DNA of 64,000 nt, from NCBI GenBank assembly GCA_965235115.1, contig OZ249437.1, positions 15,438,001 to 15,502,000 of the forward strand, read 5' to 3'. The notes under the pieces were generated by a model. It saw nothing but the letters and a program-made list of their open reading frames with translations. It was not told where the DNA came from and searched no databases. Shown here in pieces: positions 1-11,498 of the stretch (the stretch's first letter is position 1; every line of letters begins with the position of its first letter). Both the position numbers and the translations under genes were made by a program. This DNA comes from Laetmonice hystrix. Lineage: Eukaryota.

Positions 1-553
1 TACAACTACTCCAACCGTTCACTCATTTCCCAAAGCTGCTCTTATCTTCCCCGAAACGAGAGGAGTCATTTTTTTTCGACTGTTTAGTTCGTGAAAGAGG
101 ATCATAGTAGCCGGGACCTTGGGGCCATGGAGAGTTTGAAGACTTCCTGTTCGAAAGTAACCTTGGAAGAGCAGACGTGTGAGAGGGTTTGAACGCATTC
201 CAGGGAGGAAAACTTCGAGGTAAACTTCAACCTCCAGCTTGAGGTATTGTGTCAACTAGACAACCAGGAACCAAATCTACAACAGCAATAGACAAAATCA
301 GTTTCAGACGCGTAAAATCCTAATTATAATCCAAAATCAAACCGTGGTTTGGTAAACTGGGGGGACGTTTGGCACCAGACCAGTTGGATGTCATCCAATT
401 TATTGGACGAAGCTTTTCTTCTATTCAGTCGTGTGCCTTTCCAAGCGTAATCCGTACACCTTGCCACTTCAAAGATACGCGAAAAAGTTGACATTTGAAA
501 GTAAACCGCTTAAAAACATATGGAAAACTGAGAAACATCAGTTTCTCAGTTTT

Positions 554-3036
554 CTGACTGAGTGCCTTCTCTCTGCTATCACTGTGGTCTGTTTGTGGTC
601 TGACTGAGTGCCTGTCTCTGCTATCACCGTGGTCTGTTTGTGGTCTGACTGAGTGCCTTCTCTCTGCTATCACTGTGGTCTGTTTGTGGTCTGACTGAGT
701 GCCTTCTCTCTGCTATCACTGTGGTCTGTTTGTGGTCTGACTGAGTGCCTGTCTCTATCACTGTGGTCTGTTTGTGGTCTGACTGAGCGCCTCCTCTCTG
801 CTATCACTGTGGTCTGTTTGTGGTCTGACTGAGTGCCTTCTCTCTGCTATCACTGTGGTCTGTTTGTGGTCTGACTGAGTGCCTCTCTCTGCTATCACTG
901 TGGTCTGTTTGTGGTCTGACTGAGTGCCTTATCTCTGCTATCACTGTGGTCTGTTTGTGGTCTGACTGAGTGCCTTATCTCTGCTATCACTGTGGACTGT
1001 TTGTGGTCTGACTGAGTGCCTTCTCTCTGCTATCACTGTGGTCTGTTTGTGGTCTGACTGAGTGCCTGTCTCTGCTATCACCGTGGTCTGTTTGTGGTCT
1101 GACTGAGTGCCTTCTCTCTGCTATCACTGTGGTCTGTTTGTGGTCTGACTGAGTGCCTCTCTCTGCTATCACTGTGGTCTGTTTGTGGTCTGACTGAGTG
1201 CCTGTCTCTATCACTGTGGTCTGTTTGTGGTCTGACTGAGCGCCTCCTCTCTGCTATCACTGTGGTCTGTTTGTGGTCTGACTGAGTGCCTTCTCTCTGC
1301 TATCACTGTGGTCTGTTTGTGGGATGACTGAGCCTCTTCTCTCTCCTATCACTGTGGTCTGTTTGTGGTCTGACTGAGTGCCTTCTCTCTGCTATCACTG
1401 TGGTCTGTTTGTGGTCTGACTGAGTGCCTCTCTCTATCACTGTGGTCTGTTTGTGGTCTGACTGAGCGTCTCTCTCTGCTATCACTGTGGTCTGTGTGTG
1501 GTCTGACTGAGTGCCTCTCTCTATCACTGTGGTCTGTTTGTGGTCTGACTGAGTGCCTGTCTCTATCACTGTGGTCTGTTTGTGGTCTGACTGAGCGCCT
1601 CCTCTCTGCTATCACTGTGGTCTGTTTGTGGTCTGACTGAGTGCCTTCTCTCTGCTATCACTGTGGTCTGTTTGTGGGATGACTGAGCCTCTTCTCTCTC
1701 CTATCACTGTGGTCTGTTTGTGGTCTGACTGAGTGCCTTCTCTCTGCTATCACTGTGGTCTGTTTGTGGTCTGACTGAGTGCCTCTCTCTATCACTGTGG
1801 TCTGTTTGTGGTCTGACTGAGTGCCTGTCTCTGCTATCACTGTGGTCTGTTTGTGGTCTGACTGAGTGCCTTCTCTCTGCTATCACTGTGGTCTGTTTGT
1901 GGTCTGACTGAGCGCCTTCTCTCTGCTATCACTGTGGTCTGTTTGTGGTCTGACTGAGTGCCTTCTCTCTGCTATCACTGTGGTCTGTTTGTGGTCTGAC
2001 TGAGTGCCTTATCTCTGCTATCACTGTGGTCTGTTTGTGGTCTGACTGAGTGCCTTCTCTCTGCTATCACTGTGGTCTGTTTGTGGTCTGACTGAGTGCC
2101 TTCTCTCTGCTATCACTGTGGTCTGTTTGTGGTCTGACTGAGTGCCTCTCTCTGCTATCACTGTGGTCTGTTTGTGGTCTGACTGAGTGCCTTCTCTCTG
2201 CTATCACTGTGGTCTGTTTGTGGTCTGACTGAGTGCCTGTCTCTGCTATCACTGTGGTTTGTTTGTGGTCTGACTAAGTGTCTCTCTCTGCTATCACTGT
2301 GGTCTGTTTGTGGTCTGACTGAGTGCCTGTCTCTGCTATCACTGTGGTCTGTTTGTGGTCTGACTGAGTGCCTTCTCTCTGCTATCACCGTGGTCTGTTT
2401 GTGGTCTGACTGAGTGCCTGTCTCTGCTATCCCTGTGGTCTGTTTGTGGTCTGACTGAGTGCCTGTCTCTGCTATCACCGTGGTCTGTTTGTGGTCTGAC
2501 CGAGTGCCTGTCTCTGCTATCACTGTGGTCTGTTTGTGGTCTGACTGAGTGCCTTCTCTCTGCTATCACTGTGGTCTGTTTGTGGTCTGACTGAGTGCCT
2601 GTCTCTGCTATCACTGTGGTCTGTTTGTGGTCTGACTGAGTGCCTTCTCTCTGCTATCACTGTGGTTTGTTTGTGGTCTGACTAAGTGTCTTATCTCTGC
2701 TATCACTGTGGTCTGTTTGTGGTCTGACTGAGTGCCTGTCTCTGCTATCACTGTGGTCTGTTTGTGGTCTGACTGAGTGCCTTCTCTCTGCTATCACCGT
2801 GGTCTGTTTGTGGTCTGACTGAGTGCCTTCTCTCTGCTATCACTGTGGTCTGTTTGTGGTCTGACTGAGTGCCTTCTCTCTGCTATCACTGTGGTCTGTT
2901 TGTGGTCTGACTGAGTGCCTCTCTCTATCACTGTGGTCTGTTTGTGGTCTGACTGAGTGCCTCTCTCTATCACTGTGGTCTGTTTGTGGTCTGACTGAGT
3001 GCCTCTCTCTATCACTGTGGCCTGTTTGTAGGATGA
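554..3036. repeat. Minisatellite array, 42-46 bp unit (consensus CTATCACTGTGGTCTGTTTGTGGTCTGACTGAGTGCCTTCTCTCTG), about 55 copies
   Basis: Head-to-tail repeats are directly visible; length variation is confined to the CT-rich end of the unit. Confidence 0.97.
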
Positions 3037-3153
3037 TTAAGCGGTAGATAAAGTGACCAAGTGACCGTTCGAGTAGATTGATGAACGTGAGAATAGTCGA
3101 GTTCCATTTACTGCAATGGTTCGGGACAAAGGCTCAGTAATACACAACCAGAA

Positions 3154-6100
3154 TAGTCCGGTGGCACAGGAGTAGAACCTTGCAATCTCTGGTTACAATC
3201 GTTTCTTTGCATTTTCCAGTAATTTAGACCATGTAGTTCAAGAATCCGTCGGGTGTAATGATTACCCCCGCTTGGCATTTTCAAAATTCAAGATGGCGGC
3301 CAAAATGGCCGCCAAATCACGTTTTTAGCTATAACTTTTGAACCATTCAACATAGAGTCCTGATTTTGGTGTCTAACATGGGGTTTTCGGTGTCGGGGAA
3401 TCCATTTACAATGTGAAAATATAATTTATTGACTCTTATGCATACTAATGGGGCCTACATTCAAGATGGCGGCCAAAATGGCCGCCAAATCACGCTTTGA
3501 GCTATAACTTTTGAACCATACAACATAGAGTCCTGATTCTGGTGTCTAACATGGGGTTTTGGGTGTCGGGGAATCCATTTATGGTGGTAAAATAATAATT
3601 TGATGACTCCTATGCCTGCTAATGGGGGCCTACATTCATGATGGCGGCCAAGATGGCGGCCAAATCACGTTTTTAGCTATAACTTTTGAACCATACAACA
3701 TAGAGGAGTCCTGATTCTGATATCTAACATAGGGTTTTGGGTGTCGGGGAATTCATTTATGGTGGTAAAATAATAATTTGATGACTCTTATGCATGCTAA
3801 TGGGGGGGGGGGGCTACATTCAAGATGGCGGCCAAATCACGTTTTGAGCTATACTTTTGAACCATATAACATAGAATCCCGATTTTGGTGTCTAACAAGG
3901 GATTTTGGGTGTCGTGGAATTCATTTATGGTGTTAAAATAATAATTTGATGACTCCTATGCATGCTAATGGGGCCTATACATTCAAGATAGCGGCCAAAT
4001 AACGTTTTGAGCTATAACTTTTGAACGATACAACATAGAATCCCGATTTTGGTGTCTAACATGGAGGGTTGAGTAATCAAGTAATCATTCCATCAGCCCC
4101 TATGATCCAACTGAAAGATGACAGCTAATTAAGGACCATTTACCAAGCAAAATTAGGATTATTCAGCAAAACTTTATATTTCTTTGAGCATTAAGACCAT
4201 GCGAAACACGTAAATTGAATAAGGTAGGAAATACGAACAGTAACAGGATGTAGCTAGACCAGATGATTGTCGGCAATTATTTATCCCATCTCCCACTATT
4301 ATAGAAAAAAATCCTAATCGACCTTTAGTCTGTCCCATATTTACTAATCTATTAGATTCATTGAATATGAATGAAATATTACTGAATAGGTTTCATCTGA
4401 GATGGAGTTTAGTGTCCAAAAAAATCAAAAATTGAATTTTTGCCTTTGGTGGAATTCGGACCCATGGTCTCCAGCCTTTAGGTGGGGCATGCTACCCACT
4501 CAGCTGTCGAGACTCACGGATAGGGTCGTGCTAAGGTTGTATTTCAAAAAGGGTGATGATGTCATGACACAAAAGGGTGACGTCACAGGAGAAAATGTTC
4601 ATAAAGTTGGCTCACCGGCCCACCCTTTTAAGCACACAACGTTTTATTAAGATCTGTTGGAGGCAAAAACAATCATTTTCTGACACTAAACTCCGTCTCA
4701 GTAGGCCTCGGCAGGGAAGACGTTATGTTTTTCACGTTTCTCATATTCTCTCCCTCTCTCTTTCGCCCCCTCTCCTCTTCCTTCTCTCCCCCTCTCTCTC
4801 AATGGTCATTTCTCATCAGTTTTAAAGCTATCTCGAATGAAATTTGCACTGAAGTTGTACTATAGTCTGACCAACACTCCATATCAAGCAATACGTCATG
4901 TAAGGGTTTTAAAACATACTAAAGACGTCCAAGTGGGTATTAAAGGGGCATGCTATGAAACACGTTTTTGAGGATTTCCGGCAATTATCCAACATGACTG
5001 TGTACTAGGGATCTAATTAAATAATCCTACCACAGCATTTTGTCCTCCGACGTGTTTTCGCTGCGTATGCAGCACAAGTAGATTCTATACGACCAAACCT
5101 ATAGATTTCTCCCGATAGCACATCTCCCGCCATAATTTGCCATAGACAACCTCCCATCAACCCATGTAATTGCATACTGTGTCACATCCTGCGTGTGCAC
5201 TCTCTGCGTGTGCTTAGTCACGTGCTTCGCTTAGTTGTAAACAATTCAGCAGTTGCACTCGATCGTCCGGCATCAGAATGCCACCCAAAAAATATTTTAC
5301 GAAATCGGTAGAAAAACGGGCAAGGGAGCTTCATAAACTTCGATTTCTCACACAAAATGAAACTGATAAGTCTGTCTTTGTTTACCAAGCAATATTAATG
5401 AAGGATCTCTTTATGAAAACAGCAAAAGTTCTTTGAAATACCGATTTTTCACGTTTCCTCATAATATGCCCCTTTAATATTTTCATGGAACCCATTCAGT
5501 AATACATGTATTTCATTCATATTCAACGAATCTAATAGATTAGTGTATGTCTATCTAAATTAAACTTGTAGGTCTAGCGCTTAATCATTAATGGGACAGA
5601 ATAAAGGTCGATTAAGAAACTTTAACTTCTTATCTATTATACAATGTAGTTGGAAATGGGATAAATCATCCGGTCTAGCTACATACTGTTACTGCTTGTA
5701 TTTTTTACCTTATTTAATTTACGTGTATCGCAAGGTCTTGATGCTCAAAGAAATATTAAATTTTGCTGAATATTCCTAATTTTGCTTGATAAATGGTCCT
5801 TAATTAGCTGTCATGGATTCCCCCGGCACTCAACCGCCCATGTTAGACACCAAAGTCAGGACTTTAAAGTTCAATGGTTCAAAAGTTATAGCTAAAAAAC
5901 GCGATTTGGCTGCCATCTTGGCGGCCATCTTGAATGTAGGCCCCCCAGTAACATGCATAGGACTCATTAAATTATTATTTTAACACCATAAATGGATTCC
6001 CCGACACCCAAAACCCCATGTTAGACACCAAAATCAGGACTCTATGTTGTATGGTTCTAAAGTTATAGCTAAAAACGTGATTTGGCCACCATCTTGGCCG

Positions 6101-6429
6101 CCATCTTGAATGTAGGCCCCCCATTAGCAGGCATAGGAGTCATCAAATTATTATTTTACCACCATAAATGGATTCCCCGACACCCAAAACCCCATGTTAG
6201 ACACCAAAATCAGGACTCTATGTTGAATGGTTCAAAAGTTATAGCTAAAAACGTGATTTGGCGGCCATTTTGGACGCCATCTTGAATTTTGAACATGCCA
6301 AGCGGGGGTAATCATTACACCCGACGGATTCTTAAACTACATGGTCTAAAGTACCGGAAAATGCAAAGAAACGATTGTAACCAGAGATTGCAAGGTTTTG
6401 ATTAAAAATGGGCTTCTGCCACCGGACTA
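3154..6429. mobile_element. Non-autonomous foldback DNA transposon with ~1-kb inverted arms carrying ~175-bp subterminal tandem repeats (Academ-like termini)
   Basis: Left end TAGTCCGGTGGCA (3154) is the reverse complement of right end TGCCACCGGACTA (6429), and GAA flanks both ends. Arms align in inverted orientation (about 3172-3322 with 6252-6400, and about 4120-4400 with 5480-5812). No transposase ORF. The superfamily call is inferred from the TAG..CTA termini and 3-bp TSD. Confidence 0.85.
4944..5473. mobile_element. Kolobok-like MITE nested in the spacer of the foldback element
   Basis: TTAA at 4940-4943 and 5474-5477; TIR AGGGGCATGCTATGA versus AGGGGCATATTATGA (13/15 match). Confidence 0.75.
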
Positions 6430-7880
6430 GAAGGTTTCACATGGAGGATTCCACCATTTAATATATGTCCGCCTGTCTCATCGCCAGAACCCGACACCTA
6501 TGTGCTGTCTTGTCCAGGCGTCCGCCCGCTAATATAACAGAACATTTACTTTGGCGCATCTTTGATTTCGTTTGAAAACTTTCTCAATATAGAGGAAAGG
6601 GGCTGTGGTCTTCGTGTCGCGTGTATAAGAAGAGGCTTTGAAACGCGTGGACAGGTACGATACTAGTATATAACATGTTCGGGTACGTTATTACTTGAGC
6701 GCAAAGCCTCAAAATTGTCTCAAAAGTTGGACCACGCCTTCTACCCGATTAGTGTCCCATTTTGGTAGGATTTCATCCATCCTGATTATGCTGGGCTATA
6801 CCTGCTGAGTCCTCCGGCCGCTGGGCCGACCTCAGCCTTTAGGGGGTGGTTTCTTACCCCTGCATGTTCTTCATCCTCATCAGAAGATTTGTAAGGGTCC
6901 CTTCGGCGGGGGTTTAAAGTTGCTCGGTCGGTCTGGGGTTGTTCAGCAGGCGTTGGTAAGTACCCACTATAGAAACTCATTACGTCTGAGAACTCGCTGG
7001 CTGATGTTAGATGTACTGGGCGATTATTAAATCAGAAATGTGTAACTTAGTCACGGTGATATTCCGCCCGGTTCTTTGATATACCCCAAGGGTTTCAGAG
7101 GAAGAGAGAATATTGAAGAGGATTATACTCTAGAATGACAGTCGTGTCTGTTACTGCCGTGCAGTGTAGGAATGTCCTCTGGCGGTCTGGAGTGTGTGGG
7201 GTTGGGTGAGATTGAAAATAGACACCAACGCATCACATGCCCAGAAATAAAAAAAATAGATGTGTGCCATGGCAATAACGAATTCTTCAGTGAATATTTC
7301 GAGAAAAGGGCTCATCCTGTCCAACATGAGAGTGTCGCGACTGAACCACCCTATACCCTGTGGTGATATTGCCTTAGAAAAGAAATCTTGATCCAAGCCG
7401 ACTTCTCTTTCCAGTAAATGTAAGACGGACGCGGATTGCGTTCCCGGTAACATAGGCAGACGATTCAGACAGTGATAGCAAGAGACTGCCACCGGGGGAA
7501 CTCTGTGCTCATTATTCGGAAATTATCAACATTTCGACAGAAGCGTCCAATTCGCTTAATTTAATTCCCCAAAGTATGCCTGCGTGATGTCAGCATCGGT
7601 GGGGAGCATGTAGTCACTGCTAGAAGTTGTTAATTAAAGATGACCGTTGGCCGTTTCATGTTTTTGTCTATAGAGTCTACGGTATCCCTGTTCTGGATGA
7701 CGAATCGCTGGGTCCGCAGACAATGTGCAACCTTTTATTTGCTTATAACTGAGTTTCCATTGGATTACCTTCGAATTCCACCGCTTTCATTCCAAGGGTT
7801 TGTAGTTTCATTTCTCAGAGCTTCTGTCCAGATCTTAAAGAAATGACGTTTCCTTTAATATTCAAAAGAGATATATAAAT

Positions 7881-7994
7881 CAGTGGGGGGTCCAGGATTT
7901 TGATAAGGGGGCCCACCTACATTTTTTTTAATTTTCACTGTAAAAAAGAAAAAGGAAATCTAAGGGGGGCCAGGGCCTCCTGGATCCCCCACTG
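7881..7994. mobile_element. Short MITE (CAGTGGGG(G/A)TCCAGGA TIR family, hAT-like)
   Basis: 17-bp TIRs with one mismatch; ATAAAT on both flanks. Confidence 0.65.
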
Positions 7995-9648
7995 ATAAAT
8001 TGACGCACAGACGTCATCACGCAGAGCTCTTTTATCCGCGATGGCGTCATAATTCTCGCGATGACGTCACAAATTTTGCGCCCCTGTGAAATTCCCCCTG
8101 ATGGTGGGAAAAAGTCAAAAACAGGCGCGAGTAATCCAAATGAACAATATGGACAAATGGACAGTTTGTGACTTTGAGAAGTCCATCCCCCTTAACCATG
8201 TATGGTAGTCCTAAACTAGAGTCGCTGTATAAAATTTCGTAAAATAAAACATGAAGCCAGGTGGCTTTGCCTCATTTCATTTGGTTAATGGATGTTATTG
8301 GTAATGTGAACTTGGGTCCGATTCAAGGAATGGAATTATGTGTAAGGAACGTTTTATTGGGCTGTAGACGAATCTGTCATAAGTCATAAATCATAATCTG
8401 TCTGTCGGTCATGCTTTACGGTGTACTTATAGCCCACCCTTCCGCCAGAGGTCGTTTTTGCTGAAACCAACCTCTTCTGGTTGTGTATTGTGGGATAGCC
8501 CGGGACTAGAGTCAGAGTCAAGATGGACACCTGCGAGCAGTTAACTATGCTCACAAAATAATTATAATCAAACATTACTTACATTATCTGAGGTTGCTTA
8601 TCACTTCATTTCATTTTTCTTAAAGATTTAAATGTATGTAATTTTACTTGAAACAGTTAAAATGCAAACTACTTTGCTGGACTATTTTTTACCTCTTCAC
8701 TGCATTTCTATCTCCCCGGTACGCCCTTTGGCCGGCGTAAGTAGATACGATGGTACGTCATCAGTGCATTGTTGGAACACGATTTGTTGTGTCCCCACCA
8801 TCCCTAACCAGCAGGGTCGTAGTCTCCAGAGTACGGGCATGCGCAGTGTGACTTAGAGCCTTCTTTGAAACCTTGTGACATAGCGGTAGATCATACGGGT
8901 CTCCTTGGGCCTACGTACGGCCCTGTATGTCGTGGGAACTGATGGTCACAAGGTTTCTCCTCCTAGCAGATGCTCTGCACCCAGCGTCTGTATGGTCACT
9001 TAAGGACTTTAATTATTTAGGTTATAAGAGCTGGTAGTCTCAATTAGAAGTTTGTGCCACCCCTTTAGCCATTGCTGGGCACTCTCAACATCCGTTTATG
9101 GACAAATCGTTTTAGGTGCATGTATTAGTCAAAGAGCTTGATGATGGTGCACTAGGGAGAGTCTAGCTAACCCATGAATACGCATAAATTCTGTGTGAAT
9201 GGTCTCCTTCTCTAAGTGAAAGCAGACAGCAGGCTACAATTAGGCCTACGTACCGTATATGCATAGACTGGAGATAAGGAAAGCTAAGTGAATGAAACAC
9301 TTTGTCAGAATACGCTTTTGGAGAGCGCATCCTCAATGTTCCATTAGAGCCTACTTGAGTTCCTGTCCTCGCTGGTTCGATCAGTGGAGTCTGTGCTTGC
9401 TATGTCATCTCCACATTGTGTAGATCTCGACACTACATAGTGGACTCTATAGTCGGACACAGCCCAATAGGGAATAATTTGAATCCCTTCAAATAACGAA
9501 AGGGCCAATAAGCTAAGGTTATACAGACTGACATAGAGGTTTGAATGCCATTAGACAGTGCCACATAAGTTTGAAATATATAGGCCCTACGACAGATGTG
9601 GTATTGACGTTTTACCATTGGCCATGAGCAAATCCTTCTCCATGTTTA

Positions 9649-9927
9649 GGGGGGCGACCATTAGATATTTAGCGGTGGATGGGTTTTTTGGGGGAATATT
9701 TTTTTTTTATTTCAAAGAGTGGACTGCCTCAATTATTTTGTTTCCAACCCTCAAAATTTTATTTATTTCATATATGACTCATTCTTTATTCCCAGATACT
9801 ACAAACACATTATTTATTTCAGGCATGATCAGGGAGAATTTATTTATTTCACCAATGTTCCACCCGAAATTATTTATTTCAAAAAACACCCCACCCCCCC
9901 TAAATACCTAATCTAATGGTCGCCCCC
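9649..9927. mobile_element. PIF/Harbinger-like MITE
   Basis: TIR GGGGGCGACCATTAGAT at both ends; TTA at 9646-9648 and 9928-9930. Confidence 0.75.
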
Positions 9928-11208
9928 TTAGCGTTTGAAGGATCCTGAGAACAATCATTTGGCACCCCCCCCCCCCCCCAAATTAAATTAAATTAAAAAT
10001 TAAATCAGTTAGGCCTATAGGCCTAATCATGGTGTGTTGTTAAAGGCAATATTAATGTTGCTATAGGCAACTCAAGTGAACGACTGAAAGCTCTATAGAT
10101 AGTGTAACATAGGCCTTACAGTGTAGGCCAGACGGGCAAGGAAGGAAATTTGTTTAAACAGTAGCTGTAGGTTGGCTATTATATCCTCCATAATTGTTTG
10201 CCAGATCAATTCATAGTTTATTTCTACTAGGCATACCGTTATCTTGTATTTAGCCTACGGTACTCGAGTGTTGCCGGCGGCCGCCTGAAGAGATTCACAG
10301 GGACACTATTTCACCGAGGTCGGTTGAGATTAAGCACGGCCAACGGATCACGTGATCATTGTGAGCGCGTCCGGTGTCGTCACGACTTTACCAATCTCAT
10401 ACCTGCTACCATGGCAACAGTCGAGAGTTCAACAGTGTGTCCCCAGGCTTGCCGGAGGCCTATAGATCTATGGCCTACTATAGAATGTCCGTGTTAGTGT
10501 AATGAAGTGTTTCCTGGCGATAAGGCCTATGGCATGGGTTGGGTACGAGTATGCTTGAATTAGGCCTATGTAAACATGAAACCCTCGGCTACACAACTTG
10601 ACTATATATCGGGACTCATGCAGGGGCGAATCCAGAGCGGTTTATGAGGGGCGGTTGCAACGCCCCTTGGGAACATTTTTCTTTCAGTTTTGCCCTCTTG
10701 TGTTTTCGCTTGTGAGATTCCATTCTTGTTTTAGCCGTAGGCCTATAAAGTTCTAACCCAGGGACACCCCAAACCTAAGTGGTAGGCGCTGGACCTACCA
10801 CTAGCTATCTATATCATTAAAGCGACAGTCGCGTCCTCCAGCATTTTACGATAGGGGGGCCATCATAACGGTCGATGTGCTAAATTATAGACGTCAGTTC
10901 CTATACTACGGCATATGATGGTCGTAGTTATCAAATATGCCACTAGGTGGCTACGAGCATGGTCTAAAGGACGAGACGGTAGCTTTAAGGCTAAGGCTAG
11001 GCTAATAATTACATCGACCTTGTATAGGCCTATGCCGTTACTAGGGCCGAGCACAGCCCCATAGAGAAAAATCAATTCCCTTCTTATAAAGAAACGGCTG
11101 ATTCTGAGCAATGCACAAATAATTGCAGCGACACTTTTACCCGAGGAGTCGCACCTTTAAAAATGGCTGCGTACTATTGGAAGAGTTTGCTTCAACGATA
11201 GGCCACAC

Positions 11209-11370
11209 TAGTGGCGTATCCAGGGGGGTTAACAAGTATCCCGAAACCCCATCCCCTTGTCTTTTCTTAACTTTCCCAGAGGAGCATGGACAAAGGCAAT
11301 CTCTGAAGTAGGCCTACTTATTATAGACCCCCCCCCCCCCCCAACCAACCAATTTCTGGATACGCCCCCG
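11209..11370. mobile_element. Short MITE (GGCGTATCCAG TIR family)
   Basis: TAGTGGCGTATCCAG ... CTGGATACGCCCCCG inverted ends around poly-G/poly-C tracts. Related end fragments lie near 10621, 48164 and 60514. Confidence 0.55.
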
Positions 11371-11498
11371 CGCCCAATCACTTTTATACCCATTAAATTA
11401 ACATCGTGTCGTTCATGGATTTAAAGAAAGGTATAGATTAATAGCGGTATATTATTGTAAGTAGACCGTCGCACATTATAATTAGCTGGAATTGGCAC

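Noticed and set aside
425-3015. Many overlapping 60-120 aa ORFs (…HSVRPQTDHSD…)
   Set aside because: Translations of the 42-46 bp minisatellite; frames shift with unit length.
6876-6883. Hammerhead ribozyme core CTGATGAG on the minus strand
   Set aside because: No stem II pairing leading to GAAA and no closing stems found. Other CTGATGA hits (near 8757, 20411 and 37252) also lack the fold.
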